A stretch of 64,000 nt of DNA from the NCBI GenBank assembly GCA_048885865.1, contig JBHLLF010000001.1, forward strand, positions 141,676 through 205,675, written 5' to 3'. Source of the stretch: Candidatus Hermodarchaeota archaeon (GTDB lineage: Archaea; Asgardarchaeota; Thorarchaeia; Thorarchaeales; Thorarchaeaceae). Made by a program: the position numbers and the translations under genes. Of this stretch, positions 30,652 through 40,795 are shown one piece after another. The stretch's first letter is position 1; the number at the start of each line of letters is the position of its first letter. The notes below the pieces were generated by a model. The model was not told the DNA's origin. It ran no database searches and worked only from the letters and a program-made list of their open reading frames with translations.

Positions 30652-32235
30652 TTAACGGAATGAGTTCATCGCACGGACTCCTGCTTCTAGAAACGTGAAT
30701 ACAATTGTCAATGTGAAGAACGGAAGCGCGACAAGTATCAGTTGGTCATGAGCTAATGCAGCAACCAAGCCGATCAAAGCTGCACCCAATGTGAGGTTGA
30801 CTACTGGAAATGAAAATGCCAAAGGAACGGGCAGTACCTTTGGGTCATTTGTGATAACTGGGACATATGCACCGATAGCTACACCAGTAGCTGTAAACAT
30901 CAGAATCAGAGGAGCTGCTAGAGTAAGCAAAGACGCAAAACCTTCCACACGGAAGAAATAGGATATGAACCCTAGAACTGGAATTGACGCCAGTCCTACC
31001 TCAATGAGACTAAGTAGATATTTCGCGAGAATTATATCCATGGGCTTGAACGGACTCGCCTTCAGGAGGTAGATGTTTTCTTGTTCATCTACGAAACTAA
31101 GGAGACTAGTAACACTGCTAAGCTGTATCAAGAGAAGCACAATGAGCAGAAAGGCTGGGATTGCTGTTGAGCTGAGCGCAGGAGGAATCTGAAGGGGAGC
31201 GAGGTTGGCAGGTCGAAATGCGTTGATATATACTACGAAGATTGTCCCGAAGATGACATAGACATATTTCCAGATCTGAAGGGGGCTCCGCATTCTAGAC
31301 CAAAAGTCTTTGAGCATAATCCATGACATCGGGTCCGAAAATCTGGTTTGTGTGAAGTCGACTTGGCCTCTGACAATTCTGCTGAAGCGGCCCTCGACTT
31401 TTTCTCTACCTACTGCGGCCGCAAAGACCTCGTAGTAGTCGAAATCGCATAGGGCAGCTAGGAAAAGAAATGAGATGAGAAAACCAAGAATGAGGAAAAC
31501 TAGACCCAAGTTTGGACCATATCCCCAAGCCAAAATCCCCGTGACTTCAGTCACTATGAAAGCATAGGCGTTCGATGGAAACAGAATGGTTTCTGGGTAG
31601 CTTCCCGTTATCTGAGGGAGCGTTGGGAGAATTGCGGCTAATCCGAAAACAGCAACTAGGATATGCCTTGCAGGATTGCGAGTGCGCTGCTGAACCTTGA
31701 TCCTAAGGTAGGATGCAATACTTCCCAGGAAGTAGTTCACTTCAAAATACACAATTGTAGTGACAAGAAGCAGAAACACAGGAATGAACAAGAGGTTTGC
31801 CGAGGTCACTATAGGCAATATTGCAATGACTCCTGCAATAACAAAGACGAGTTTTCGAACAAATCTCCGAATGTATCTACTCATGAATAGCTGAAATGGC
31901 TTAACAGGCGCGCCAAGGATAATTGACTCATCATCATCGGTCAATGAAGCAGCGACACCGATTCCGAAATATCCCCCCACGACAGATGATAATGTCAGGA
32001 TTCCCATTCCGGCGAATAATGTCCCACGTTCAAGAACATCCTCAATCATCGCCCCAGCCATGTATACTACTCCTTGAAAGCTCAAAACTGTGGTTAATAT
32101 TGCACTGACAAAATACACACCAATAATGGTAATTCCATAGAACATCAACATCGATGGAGTTCTAATAGCGCGCTTGAACTGGTTCCACAACATCCTGACT
32201 TCATTTCTAGCCAGTGCATAAGTAGTGTTGACCAA
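30652..32235 (-). CDS. Putative ABC exporter permease
   Basis: About 12 TM in two repeated halves; follows the ABC ATPase. Confidence 0.75.
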   Translation of the reverse strand: MVNTTYALARNEVRMLWNQFKRAIRTPSMLMFYGITIIGVYFVSAILTTVLSFQGVVYMAGAMIEDVLERGTLFAGMGILTLSSVVGGYFGIGVAASLTDDDESIILGAPVKPFQLFMSRYIRRFVRKLVFVIAGVIAILPIVTSANLLFIPVFLLLVTTIVYFEVNYFLGSIASYLRIKVQQRTRNPARHILVAVFGLAAILPTLPQITGSYPETILFPSNAYAFIVTEVTGILAWGYGPNLGLVFLILGFLISFLFLAALCDFDYYEVFAAAVGREKVEGRFSRIVRGQVDFTQTRFSDPMSWIMLKDFWSRMRSPLQIWKYVYVIFGTIFVVYINAFRPANLAPLQIPPALSSTAIPAFLLIVLLLIQLSSVTSLLSFVDEQENIYLLKASPFKPMDIILAKYLLSLIEVGLASIPVLGFISYFFRVEGFASLLTLAAPLILMFTATGVAIGAYVPVITNDPKVLPVPLAFSFPVVNLTLGAALIGLVAALAHDQLILVALPFFTLTIVFTFLEAGVRAMNSFR

Positions 32236-32254
32236 GTTCGATCACCTGCATACG

Positions 32255-33166
32255 CTATTCTGGGATTCCTCCGGTAAGTTCGAGAAAGACTTCTTCCAGA
32301 TTCGTTGCACGCTTGCCCTCATTGAGCAGCTCTTTCAGAGTCCCGCGCCCTACGACCTTTGCTTCATTCATTATGACAAATCTATCACACAGACTTTCAG
32401 CTACCTCCAAGATATGAGTGGATATGAGAATGGCTGACTTCTCTTTCTTCAGATCATTGAGATGTGCTTTGAGGCTCCAAGCACCACGCGGGTCAAGTCC
32501 ATAGATTGGCTCGTCGAAAGCCAGCACGAAAGGTGGCTCTCTAACAAATATACCAACCAAGAGGGCTCTTTGCAGATTTCCCTTGGAGAGCGTTCCAATG
32601 TAGTTATCTAAATACTCCCGAAGCTGGAACATGTCAAGATAGTGACTCATGCGAACTAGCGTTTCTTCATTTGGGACATCATAAATCCGACCCATGAACA
32701 TCAGGTATTCTCTTACCGTTAAACTAGGATAGCAGGTGGGTTTCTCTGGAATATATCCGATTAGGTCTTTCGCTGGAATTGGCGATTTCTGGATATCATG
32801 GCCACCAACATAGACTTCTCCTCCACTCGGCTTGATGATTCCTGTTAGGACACGTAGTGTTGTTGTTTTGCCTGCGCCATTTGGTCCCACAAGACCAACA
32901 ATCTCTCCAGGAGAGACCTTGAGGTCTAGTTTATCCACTGCCAGTGTCTTACTGAAGCGCTTGGACATTCCCTTTATTTCTACGGCAGGATTAGGCAACA
33001 TCTTCGGTTTGTCAAGTCTCTTGTCCTTTCTCTCCTGCATGGCATTAGTCAATTCTTCGACAAGCCAGCTTCGTTTCACAGTGCGACTGGCGATTGGCAC
33101 TTTCAGAATTCGTGCAAGTCTGACAAGTTCTTCATCGGTCATACTCTGAATCACAGAGAGTTCCAC
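32255..33166 (-). CDS. ABC transporter ATP-binding protein with N-terminal helical extension
   Basis: GPNGAGKTT, LSKGN signature, FDEP, STH. Confidence 0.92.
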   Translation of the reverse strand: MELSVIQSMTDEELVRLARILKVPIASRTVKRSWLVEELTNAMQERKDKRLDKPKMLPNPAVEIKGMSKRFSKTLAVDKLDLKVSPGEIVGLVGPNGAGKTTTLRVLTGIIKPSGGEVYVGGHDIQKSPIPAKDLIGYIPEKPTCYPSLTVREYLMFMGRIYDVPNEETLVRMSHYLDMFQLREYLDNYIGTLSKGNLQRALLVGIFVREPPFVLAFDEPIYGLDPRGAWSLKAHLNDLKKEKSAILISTHILEVAESLCDRFVIMNEAKVVGRGTLKELLNEGKRATNLEEVFLELTGGIPE

Positions 33167-33278
33167 ACTCAGTCGAAACGCCTCCAGATCACTATCTTAA
33201 TGAGCAGTCAATTGTCCAGACGTGGATTCATGACATAATAAGTCATGGGTACAAGTATTATCCATTGAAAAGCAAGGC

Positions 33279-33983
33279 TCAGTATTCTTGCACGTATGGA
33301 ATAACTTGTCGGAACTCGAGCAACCAATTTTTGACTTCTGTCACTAGTGGGTAGACCTCTACTCCTTTCTTATGAGCACTCTCGAGCTCAAGTGCGAATT
33401 CAGGATCTGTGTCCGCCTTTGGAGAGAAGACTTTTGCATCAGGTCTTTGGATGACAAAGACAACTGCAGCCCTGTTAGCCGATCCATCTTGAAGTGACCT
33501 GGCAAGATTTCTGAGATGTCTTGCTCCCCTTTCCGTTGGCGCATCTGGAAAGAGGGCATGTCCATCCTCAACTAGTGTGCAGGACTTGACCTCAATGAAT
33601 GTGGTTCCCTTCGCACCTTCCAACTTGAAGTCGAAGCGACCATCATAGATCCGAGGCTCAGGAATTACAGTATCATAAGGCAGAAACCAGTCAAAGGCAT
33701 GATTCAGTAGGTTTGATTTCATGAAGCGGTTAGGCAGATTGGAGTCAATAGAGATTAGGACTCCATCGTGGGAAACACCGATCATGTCATACTCTGTCTT
33801 GCGATGGGCTCCGGATTTGCGTCGAAGGTAGACCTGCCTCCTAGGAATCATCAATTCATGCATCCTGCCAGGATTAGGAATGAATACTTCTATGATTCTC
33901 CGATTGAGCTCGACTCTTCCAAGAAATCTATTCGGTCTTTCGATAAACTGAGCTTCTACTACATCACCATCTGCTACCATCAT
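33279..33983 (-). CDS. sfsA: SfsA DNA/RNA nuclease
   Basis: RPNRF, PNPGRM, RFDF, IEVKSCTL, FPDAPTERGARHL. Confidence 0.93.
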   Translation of the reverse strand: MMVADGDVVEAQFIERPNRFLGRVELNRRIIEVFIPNPGRMHELMIPRRQVYLRRKSGAHRKTEYDMIGVSHDGVLISIDSNLPNRFMKSNLLNHAFDWFLPYDTVIPEPRIYDGRFDFKLEGAKGTTFIEVKSCTLVEDGHALFPDAPTERGARHLRNLARSLQDGSANRAAVVFVIQRPDAKVFSPKADTDPEFALELESAHKKGVEVYPLVTEVKNWLLEFRQVIPYVQEY

Positions 33984-34053
33984 GAGACGAGTGTGATGAG
34001 TGAGTGTTGCACATTGCTCTTCCGGTCTGGCAATCAACTATCGTGCCACCATT

Positions 34054-35154
34054 TCAGAAGAATTCAGAAAGAGTCGATTGAGTACTTCCTTCGGAGAGTC
34101 CCGATACTTTCACACCAATGAGTCTCAGGTACTTATCCGGATTCCTCTTTCTTTCAAAGATTTCAACTGCGATTTGCTGGAGCATATCTTGGTCATCGGT
34201 TTCCACTGGAATTGACTTACTTCTCTGTATAGTTGAGTAATCTGCATATCGCATCTTGACAGTGACCGTCTTGAACTTGAGAGATTTCTGTCGAAGCCGG
34301 TCACCTATCCTTCCACACATTCTCGTAATTGTACCATGAAGGAAGTCTAACTCGTCTGGATCAACATCCTCCATGAACGTGAAGTCCTTTGATATTGACT
34401 TCCTTATACGAGGTCCATTATCTAGTAAGGGTCGATCATCTATTCCATGTGCCCGATTGTATAACCAGCGCGACCCTCTTCCCATAATAGGCCAGAGGTC
34501 CGTGATTGTCATCTCATGTATCTGTCCAAGCGTTTCTATGTCATGTTTACGAAGTCTTTGGGCAGTTTTTGCACCAACTCCATTGAGTGCATCAACAGGC
34601 AATGGAGCTAGAAATCTCAGTACTTCCTCGGGGTCATTACCCACCAGTGTGATTCCTAGAGGTTTATTCATACCCGTGGCAATTTTGGCTACGCTCATGT
34701 TCGGAGCTACACCTATTGAACAAGGCAGCTTTGTCTGCAATCGGATTTCACTTTGGATCGTCTGTGCTAATGAGTAGGGCCCTTCATAGTCTCGAACAAG
34801 CTCAGTTGCTTCTATGTAGGCCTCATCGATGCTGGCTCTTCGCACCCTGCCTTCGTCTGAGAAGCTTCGAAGGACATGCATTACTTCTGCAGAAGCTTCA
34901 CTGTATGATGAGAACTCGCCAGACACGAAAACAGCATCTGGACATAAACGATATGCCTTCGAAACCGGCATCCCCGAGTGAATGCCAAATGCCCTTGCTT
35001 CATAGGACGCGGTTCTCACCACGCCTCGCCCACGACCACCCTTTGGATCATGACCCACGCAGACTGGCAATCCAGCTAACTCAGGATGATTTCGGTACTG
35101 TTCTACCGCGGCAAAGAACGCATCCATATCTACGTGCATTATCCAGCGTTCCAA
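34054..35154 (-). CDS. dinB: DNA polymerase IV (Y family)
   Basis: HVDMDAFFAAVE, SYEARAFG, SIDEAY; start moved downstream of the ORF-track start. Confidence 0.95.
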   Translation of the reverse strand: MERWIMHVDMDAFFAAVEQYRNHPELAGLPVCVGHDPKGGRGRGVVRTASYEARAFGIHSGMPVSKAYRLCPDAVFVSGEFSSYSEASAEVMHVLRSFSDEGRVRRASIDEAYIEATELVRDYEGPYSLAQTIQSEIRLQTKLPCSIGVAPNMSVAKIATGMNKPLGITLVGNDPEEVLRFLAPLPVDALNGVGAKTAQRLRKHDIETLGQIHEMTITDLWPIMGRGSRWLYNRAHGIDDRPLLDNGPRIRKSISKDFTFMEDVDPDELDFLHGTITRMCGRIGDRLRQKSLKFKTVTVKMRYADYSTIQRSKSIPVETDDQDMLQQIAVEIFERKRNPDKYLRLIGVKVSGLSEGSTQSTLSEFF

Positions 35155-35319
35155 CTTGTTTCCCGAGTCTTTACTATCCGAAACTGTTTTTGCATTTCTC
35201 CAGTCCTTTATACTATTGGACGAATTATTCGCGGACGGGGAGTTGACCGAACCTATTGCTCTTCCAACAGAGTGATATGGACCATCTATAGGCCAAGCGA
35301 GTATTCTGGAGGAACACAT

Positions 35320-35928
35320 TTGACCGATTTTGACAGGCTTTCTCAGCAGATGCGTTTTATTGTGGAGATAGACAAACTCAAACATGTTGTTCGGCAGTCC
35401 GCCTTGACTGATGGCACACGGCAAGAGAACGACTCTGAGCACTCCTGGCACATTGCAGCCATGGCTGTCCTTCTCTCGGAATATTCCAATACTCCGGATC
35501 TTGACCTTCTCAAAGTCGTTAAGATGCTTCTAATCCATGACCTTGTAGAGATAGATGCTGGTGACACATTTCTCTACGATGTCATGGGCAATTCCACTAA
35601 AGCCAGAAGAGAGCAAGCAGCTGCAGCAAGGATATTTGGATTGCTACCCGACGACCAAGCCAAAGAAATGCTCTTGCTTTGGGAGGAATATGAGGCACGA
35701 GAAAGTCCAGAAGCCAAGTTCGCTTTTGCTATGGATGCAATTCAGCCTCTCATCCTCAGCTTTCACAATAAGGGATGGTCATGGAAGAAGCATGGTATTG
35801 TCAAATCTCAGATTGTGGACAAGAAGAAACCCCTGAAGATTGGTTCAGAGAAACTTTGGGAATATGCCCAAACATTGATTGCAGAAGCTGTGGATGAAGG
35901 CTTTCTTATTGATGATGAGGTAGCCTAG
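35320..35928 (+). CDS. HD-domain hydrolase (YfbR/HDDC2-like)
   Basis: ENDSEHSWH, LIHDLVEIDAGD; TTG start with GGAGGA SD. Confidence 0.9.
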   Translation: MTDFDRLSQQMRFIVEIDKLKHVVRQSALTDGTRQENDSEHSWHIAAMAVLLSEYSNTPDLDLLKVVKMLLIHDLVEIDAGDTFLYDVMGNSTKARREQAAAARIFGLLPDDQAKEMLLLWEEYEARESPEAKFAFAMDAIQPLILSFHNKGWSWKKHGIVKSQIVDKKKPLKIGSEKLWEYAQTLIAEAVDEGFLIDDEVA

Positions 35929-36893
35929 ACGGCATACTGTGAGAAGAACGGCTCCAAGTCCACGTTTCCTCCGCTAAGAATGACTCCAATCCGTCTTTCT
36001 TTCAGCTGATCGCATATCTGCAAAAGAGCCGCAAGAGAAACGGCACCTGAGGGTTCTACGACGATTTTCATTCTTTCCCAGAGCAGACGCATTGCTCTCA
36101 CGATTTCTTGATCACTCACTGTGACTATTCTGTCTACATTCTTCCGGATTATTGAGAAGGTCAATTCGGAGAGTGAAGTTAGAAGTCCATCAGCGATGGT
36201 GTGTGGATTCACCGAGGGGTGAATCTTTCCAGCTGTAAATGATCGATACGCGTCATCAGCACCCTTTGGTTCTCCTGCAATGACATGAGCCTCAGGCAGG
36301 AGACCTTTGGTAGCAATGGAAGTGCCGCTCAATAGCCCTCCGCCTCCAACAGGCACGAAAACTATGTCAAGAGATCCTATTTCCTTAATGAGCTCGTATG
36401 CAGCTGTCCCTGCTCCAGCAATTATGTTGGGGTTGTCATAGGGATGTACGAGAGTATATCCATGTTTCTCAATTAACGCCGCAGCAGTGCTCTGCCGGGA
36501 TGCCAATGTTGGCTCACATACCACGACCTCTGCACCATAACCTTTGGTGGCTTCCATCTTCACTGCAGGAGAACTGCTTGGCATCACCACCGTGCATCTC
36601 ACGTCTTGTTTTGATGCCGCTAGTGCTAGAGCTTGAGCGTGATTCCCCGAGGAATGAGTTATCACCCCTCTCTTGCGCTCCTCTTCGCCCAGCAATGAAA
36701 TCGCATTGAAGGCGCCGCGGAACTTGAACGCTCCAACGCGCTGGAAGTTCTCACACTTAAAGAAGACCTCGGAGCTGGTGAGTTTATCAATGGTAGTTGA
36801 AGTCATGACGGGAGTCTTTACAACAGAATCTTTGATTCTCCCATATGCAGCTTCAACATCAGAAAAGCCTACCATAGCTGGAAGGCTCTGCAT
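35925..36893 (-). CDS. PLP-dependent serine/threonine dehydratase (serine racemase-like)
   Basis: KCENFQRVGAFKFRGA, SSGNHAQA, VGGGGL, EPSGA. Confidence 0.92.
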   Translation of the reverse strand: MQSLPAMVGFSDVEAAYGRIKDSVVKTPVMTSTTIDKLTSSEVFFKCENFQRVGAFKFRGAFNAISLLGEEERKRGVITHSSGNHAQALALAASKQDVRCTVVMPSSSPAVKMEATKGYGAEVVVCEPTLASRQSTAAALIEKHGYTLVHPYDNPNIIAGAGTAAYELIKEIGSLDIVFVPVGGGGLLSGTSIATKGLLPEAHVIAGEPKGADDAYRSFTAGKIHPSVNPHTIADGLLTSLSELTFSIIRKNVDRIVTVSDQEIVRAMRLLWERMKIVVEPSGAVSLAALLQICDQLKERRIGVILSGGNVDLEPFFSQYAV

Positions 36894-37006
36894 CCTGCAG
36901 AAAAGGATTGCTTTCATTCATTGACGACATTCGAAAAGCTTAATCCTCGCCATTGACGAATGACTCGAATCAGTGAATCAGTATTTTCCAGGAGTATGAT
37001 TTCTAG

Positions 37007-37747
37007 ATGAGTAACAAGTTCCTGAGTTCACAAATGGATTACATCCGAGTTCTTGCTGTTATTGTAATCTTGGGACTGGAAGCAATTGCTGCATTTACAG
37101 GAATAACAAATCCCTGGTTTCTAGGTGCCTCAATCGCTCTAGTGATGCTGGCTATTATCAACTATATTGATGTTCAATCTCAAGAGTGGTCACGCTATGC
37201 ATTGTTTCTCCTAGCAGCAATGATTTTTGGCTCAATTGGCGATTTCTTGATGGCGGATATCTTCCGTATCACACCAATCCCTGTCTTGAATGGCATAATC
37301 TTTTTCGGGATTGGTCATATTTTCTATCTCCTGGGCCTTCGAGATAGATCTAGCATGCTCCTCCGATCTCCAGGGAAAAATCAGTCCAGATTGATCACAA
37401 AGAATCTTGCAATGTGGCTAGTGGTTTCTGTTCTCGTGGTTTTATTTTTCGTGACGACAGTCTTCAATCCAGCAATGTTCGAGCTAGGAATTGGAATGCT
37501 AGGCTATGGTCTTCTTATTGGAACGGTTTTGGCGTTTGCTATCACAAAGTGGTTTGATGACTTTCCATTCACATTTACCTTCTGCTTATCAATTGGATTT
37601 CTCTTCTTCTTCTTCTCAGATTGGTTGCTTGGCTATCATATGATGACAGATGCAAGCTTCCTCTCTGGTCCGTATGTCGGATTGACATATATCATCGGGC
37701 AGCTACTGATTCACCTATCAACCATGTTTGGTTCAAAAGGAACCTGA
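37007..37747 (+). CDS. YhhN / lysoplasmalogenase family membrane protein
   Basis: GSIGDFLM, FFGIGHIFY, FFFSDWLL, TYIIGQ. Confidence 0.8.
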   Translation: MSNKFLSSQMDYIRVLAVIVILGLEAIAAFTGITNPWFLGASIALVMLAIINYIDVQSQEWSRYALFLLAAMIFGSIGDFLMADIFRITPIPVLNGIIFFGIGHIFYLLGLRDRSSMLLRSPGKNQSRLITKNLAMWLVVSVLVVLFFVTTVFNPAMFELGIGMLGYGLLIGTVLAFAITKWFDDFPFTFTFCLSIGFLFFFFSDWLLGYHMMTDASFLSGPYVGLTYIIGQLLIHLSTMFGSKGT

Positions 37748-37781
37748 AAGATGAAACATTAGCAACCTTGGTCGTGATACG

Positions 37782-38273
37782 ATGCGAGGCATTCGAAGAA
37801 AAGAGAAGGAGATTACTGAAACTGCAGAAATGATTGCTATTCTGAAGCAGGCAAAATACATCACTGTAGCTATGTGTCTTGATGATGAGCCATACCTAGC
37901 GACGTTGAGTCACGGCTTTGATGTTGAGAATAACTGTATCTACTTCCATTGTGCTCAAGAGGGGAAGAAGGTCGACATTCTAAAACAGAACAACCTGGTT
38001 TGGGGACAGGCTCTGAAGGACGACGGATATGCCACGGGCAAATGTGACCATCTGTATGCGACTACTCAGTTCAGGGGGAGAGTCATTTTCATTACCGATG
38101 AGAATGAGAAGAGGCATGCTCTGAGAGTGATGATTGATCAATTAGAGGAAGCACCGGACGAAGTCTATGCAGAGCAGGTGACAGACAAATCAGTCAAGCG
38201 AGTGGGCATTGGACGCATTGATATCGAAGAGATGAGCGGCAAGAGGGCCTCGGAGGTAATTATCCAAACGTAG
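37782..38273 (+). CDS. Pyridoxamine 5'-phosphate oxidase / NimA family flavoprotein
   Basis: RRKEKEI, IYFHCAQEGKK, MSGK. Confidence 0.88.
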   Translation: MRGIRRKEKEITETAEMIAILKQAKYITVAMCLDDEPYLATLSHGFDVENNCIYFHCAQEGKKVDILKQNNLVWGQALKDDGYATGKCDHLYATTQFRGRVIFITDENEKRHALRVMIDQLEEAPDEVYAEQVTDKSVKRVGIGRIDIEEMSGKRASEVIIQT

Positions 38274-38678
38274 CTAAGGATTGTCCGAGAGGGCTTGAAG
38301 CACCTCCAATGCTTCCTCGCCATCTTCAAAGGGCACAAAGAGATGGTCATGGTAGTAGGCTGAAACTACATTCACGCTAATTCCTTCTTTGGCGAGCTCC
38401 GTCGATACCTTTGCAATGAATCCAATCGCCTCAAGGTCTGAGTGGACTGACAATGTGATCAAAGCCCAAGTCGCTAGATACTCTAACCCACGGGAATCAG
38501 CTATGCCTCTCTCAAGAATGAAGCTGACTCCCTCATCTTCTCTGAACATAAGAAGTGCGTCGTCTTTGAGGTCTTCGATAAGACTCTCTTCCACCGAAAC
38601 AAACACGTATTCTACATCTGACAATGTGGGTTCCATAGACCTTAGAAGAGTGCCTAGATCGTGTTCGCCACGCTTCAT
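38274..38678 (-). CDS. ACT-domain protein (DUF2241-like)
   Basis: GEHDLGTLLRSMEP, ITLSVHSDLEAIG, AYYHDHLFV. Confidence 0.88.
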   Translation of the reverse strand: MKRGEHDLGTLLRSMEPTLSDVEYVFVSVEESLIEDLKDDALLMFREDEGVSFILERGIADSRGLEYLATWALITLSVHSDLEAIGFIAKVSTELAKEGISVNVVSAYYHDHLFVPFEDGEEALEVLQALSDNP

Positions 38679-38698
38679 CCAATCCCCCTCGCAATGAC

Positions 38699-39214
38699 TT
38701 AGCTTCTCTTTCCGCCAAAGGTCTCCCAGGAAACAATTTCATCTAGCGAGCGTCGATTGCTTGTTCTTTCTTGGTCACCATAACCTACTGAAACTGAGCA
38801 AACAACTCTAAGACCATCAGGCACGTTCAAGAGTTTCCGGAATACAGGCTCGATGTCTGTGTCGCGTACCCCCATCCAGCATGTGCTCAATCCCTGCCCG
38901 TAAGCGGCTAATAGCATGTTTTGAACAGCATTGTGAGGATCAGCCAAATTATATCTCTGGTGTCGGGCTGGCTCACCAAGGACCACAATGACGACAGGTG
39001 ATTCCTTCATGAATCGTCCATATGTGTGAGCATCAGCGAGTTTTTCACGAGTTGCCTTGTCACGGACTACTATGAAATGCCAGGGCTGCCTGTTTGAGGC
39101 AGAGGGTGCCCATTGTCCAGCCTCCAGAATCACATTCACCTTGTCATCCTCGACCTCAGTGTCTTTGTACTTCCTGATGCTTCTCCTGTTTCTAATTGCT
39201 TCCAGAACATCCAT
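38699..39214 (-). CDS. Nitroreductase family protein
   Basis: RRSIRKY, APSASNRQPWHF. Confidence 0.93.
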   Translation of the reverse strand: MDVLEAIRNRRSIRKYKDTEVEDDKVNVILEAGQWAPSASNRQPWHFIVVRDKATREKLADAHTYGRFMKESPVVIVVLGEPARHQRYNLADPHNAVQNMLLAAYGQGLSTCWMGVRDTDIEPVFRKLLNVPDGLRVVCSVSVGYGDQERTSNRRSLDEIVSWETFGGKRS

Positions 39215-39347
39215 GTTTAGTCTTGATGCGAATGATGCATGACCAATATAAGCCATCGCACATGGCAATCGAATGATAATGTCTTGATGGCAAACCTAAA
39301 AGGAGCTGCGTGTTGGCCCAGAATCATCCGGGACGGCGAATTCTACC

Positions 39348-40787
39348 ATGCGAATAAAGACCCACCAAAAATTGTTGACAAGCGTTGGCGTCGATATTGG
39401 CACTTCTACATCACATGTCGTCTTTAGTAGCATCCTTCTTGAAAGAGACCTAAAGAGCCGTACTGAGAAGTTTGAAATCAAAGAGAAGAAAGTGCTTCAC
39501 AAGGGGCCCATTCATTTCACGCCCTTCTCTGACCCAGACACAATCGATTTTGAGGCACTCAGGAATCTCATTCTTGCAGACTACGCTGATGCTGGTTTCG
39601 AGCTTACTCAAATCGATACAGGTGCTGTGATTATCACAGGAGAAACCGCTCGCAAAGAGAACGCTGAGGAAATCGTGGAAGCTCTCGCAGGTGAAACTGG
39701 CAAATTCGTGGCAGCAACAGCAGGCCCCAATTTTGAGAGTGTCTTGGCGGCTCACGGTGCTGGAGCTGTGATGAAGTCGGCAGAAACGGGTCTGACTATT
39801 CTGTCATGCGATATCGGGGGTGGCTCATCTAACATTGCAGTCTGCAGAGATGGGAAGGTAGTCGCGACCGCAGCGATTAATGTCGGTGGTCGTTTGGTAG
39901 CTACAGATAACGCAGGTACTATCATCCGACTCGAAGAAACCGGAAAGCGAATTGGCGAAAAGGTCGGCCTTACTCTGAGGCTTGGCCAGTATCTTGACGA
40001 ACCATCAAAGCGATTGCTAGCACAAGCACTCGCAGATGCCCTAATTGAAGCATTGGAAGGGAAGCAGGAGTCAGAGATCACAAAGTCGCTCATGATGACG
40101 ACACCTCTTGACTTCAAGGACAAAGTGGATGAAGTCATGTTTTCAGGCGGCGTTGCGGAGTTTATCTATGGGCTAGAAATCAATGAGTATAATGATTTAG
40201 GACGATTGCTGGCTCAATCAATTATGAAATTGGTCGATAAATACGAGATTCCCATGGCGGAGCCAGAACACCGCATCCGCGCAACTGTAATTGGAGCAGG
40301 CCAATCAAGTCTTCAAGTGAGCGGGTCAACAACCTTTCTTTCCTCAGGGCTAGAATATCCTCTGAGGAATCTGCCCGTCATCACTCCCCATGTACCGAAA
40401 GGAAAGACATCAATGGAGAAAGTGCGAGATGCAATCCAGAATGCTCTCAAGAGATTTGATATCAAGGAAGGCATTGACCCTCTTATTCTTGCTTTTGAGG
40501 ATGCAGTTCGTCCATCCTATGAGAGCCTCACCGAATTTGCCAAGGGTATTGTAGCTGGTTTGCCTAGAACCACTGCTAATGGTTCGCCTATTTTGATGTG
40601 CTTTGACACAGATATAGGCAATAGTGTCGGAAATGTGATTAAGCGCGAGACTGGGGTGACCAATGAGATTCTTTCCATTGATGAGATATCTCTGCATGAA
40701 GGTGATTTCGTCGACATTGGCGAGCCTATAATCGAAAACGTCGTGGTTCCAGTAGTCGTGAAGACACTGGTCTTCGAGGAACGATAG
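39348..40787 (+). CDS. eutA: EutA-like reactivating factor (ASKHA/actin-fold ATPase)
   Basis: SVGVDIGTSTS, GAVIITGETARKENA, DIGGGSSN, IRATVIGAG, VVPVVVKTL. Confidence 0.9.
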   Translation: MRIKTHQKLLTSVGVDIGTSTSHVVFSSILLERDLKSRTEKFEIKEKKVLHKGPIHFTPFSDPDTIDFEALRNLILADYADAGFELTQIDTGAVIITGETARKENAEEIVEALAGETGKFVAATAGPNFESVLAAHGAGAVMKSAETGLTILSCDIGGGSSNIAVCRDGKVVATAAINVGGRLVATDNAGTIIRLEETGKRIGEKVGLTLRLGQYLDEPSKRLLAQALADALIEALEGKQESEITKSLMMTTPLDFKDKVDEVMFSGGVAEFIYGLEINEYNDLGRLLAQSIMKLVDKYEIPMAEPEHRIRATVIGAGQSSLQVSGSTTFLSSGLEYPLRNLPVITPHVPKGKTSMEKVRDAIQNALKRFDIKEGIDPLILAFEDAVRPSYESLTEFAKGIVAGLPRTTANGSPILMCFDTDIGNSVGNVIKRETGVTNEILSIDEISLHEGDFVDIGEPIIENVVVPVVVKTLVFEER

Positions 40788-40795
40788 GAGGGCAA

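Noticed and set aside
33279-35154. dinB-sfsA as a mobile or defence island
   Set aside because: No integrase, transposase or terminal repeats seen; both genes are ordinary chromosomal genes
35086-35451. Apparent long head-to-head overlap of dinB and the HD gene (similar cases at 6120-6217 and 52195-52330)
   Set aside because: Disappears when starts are moved to motif- and SD-supported codons
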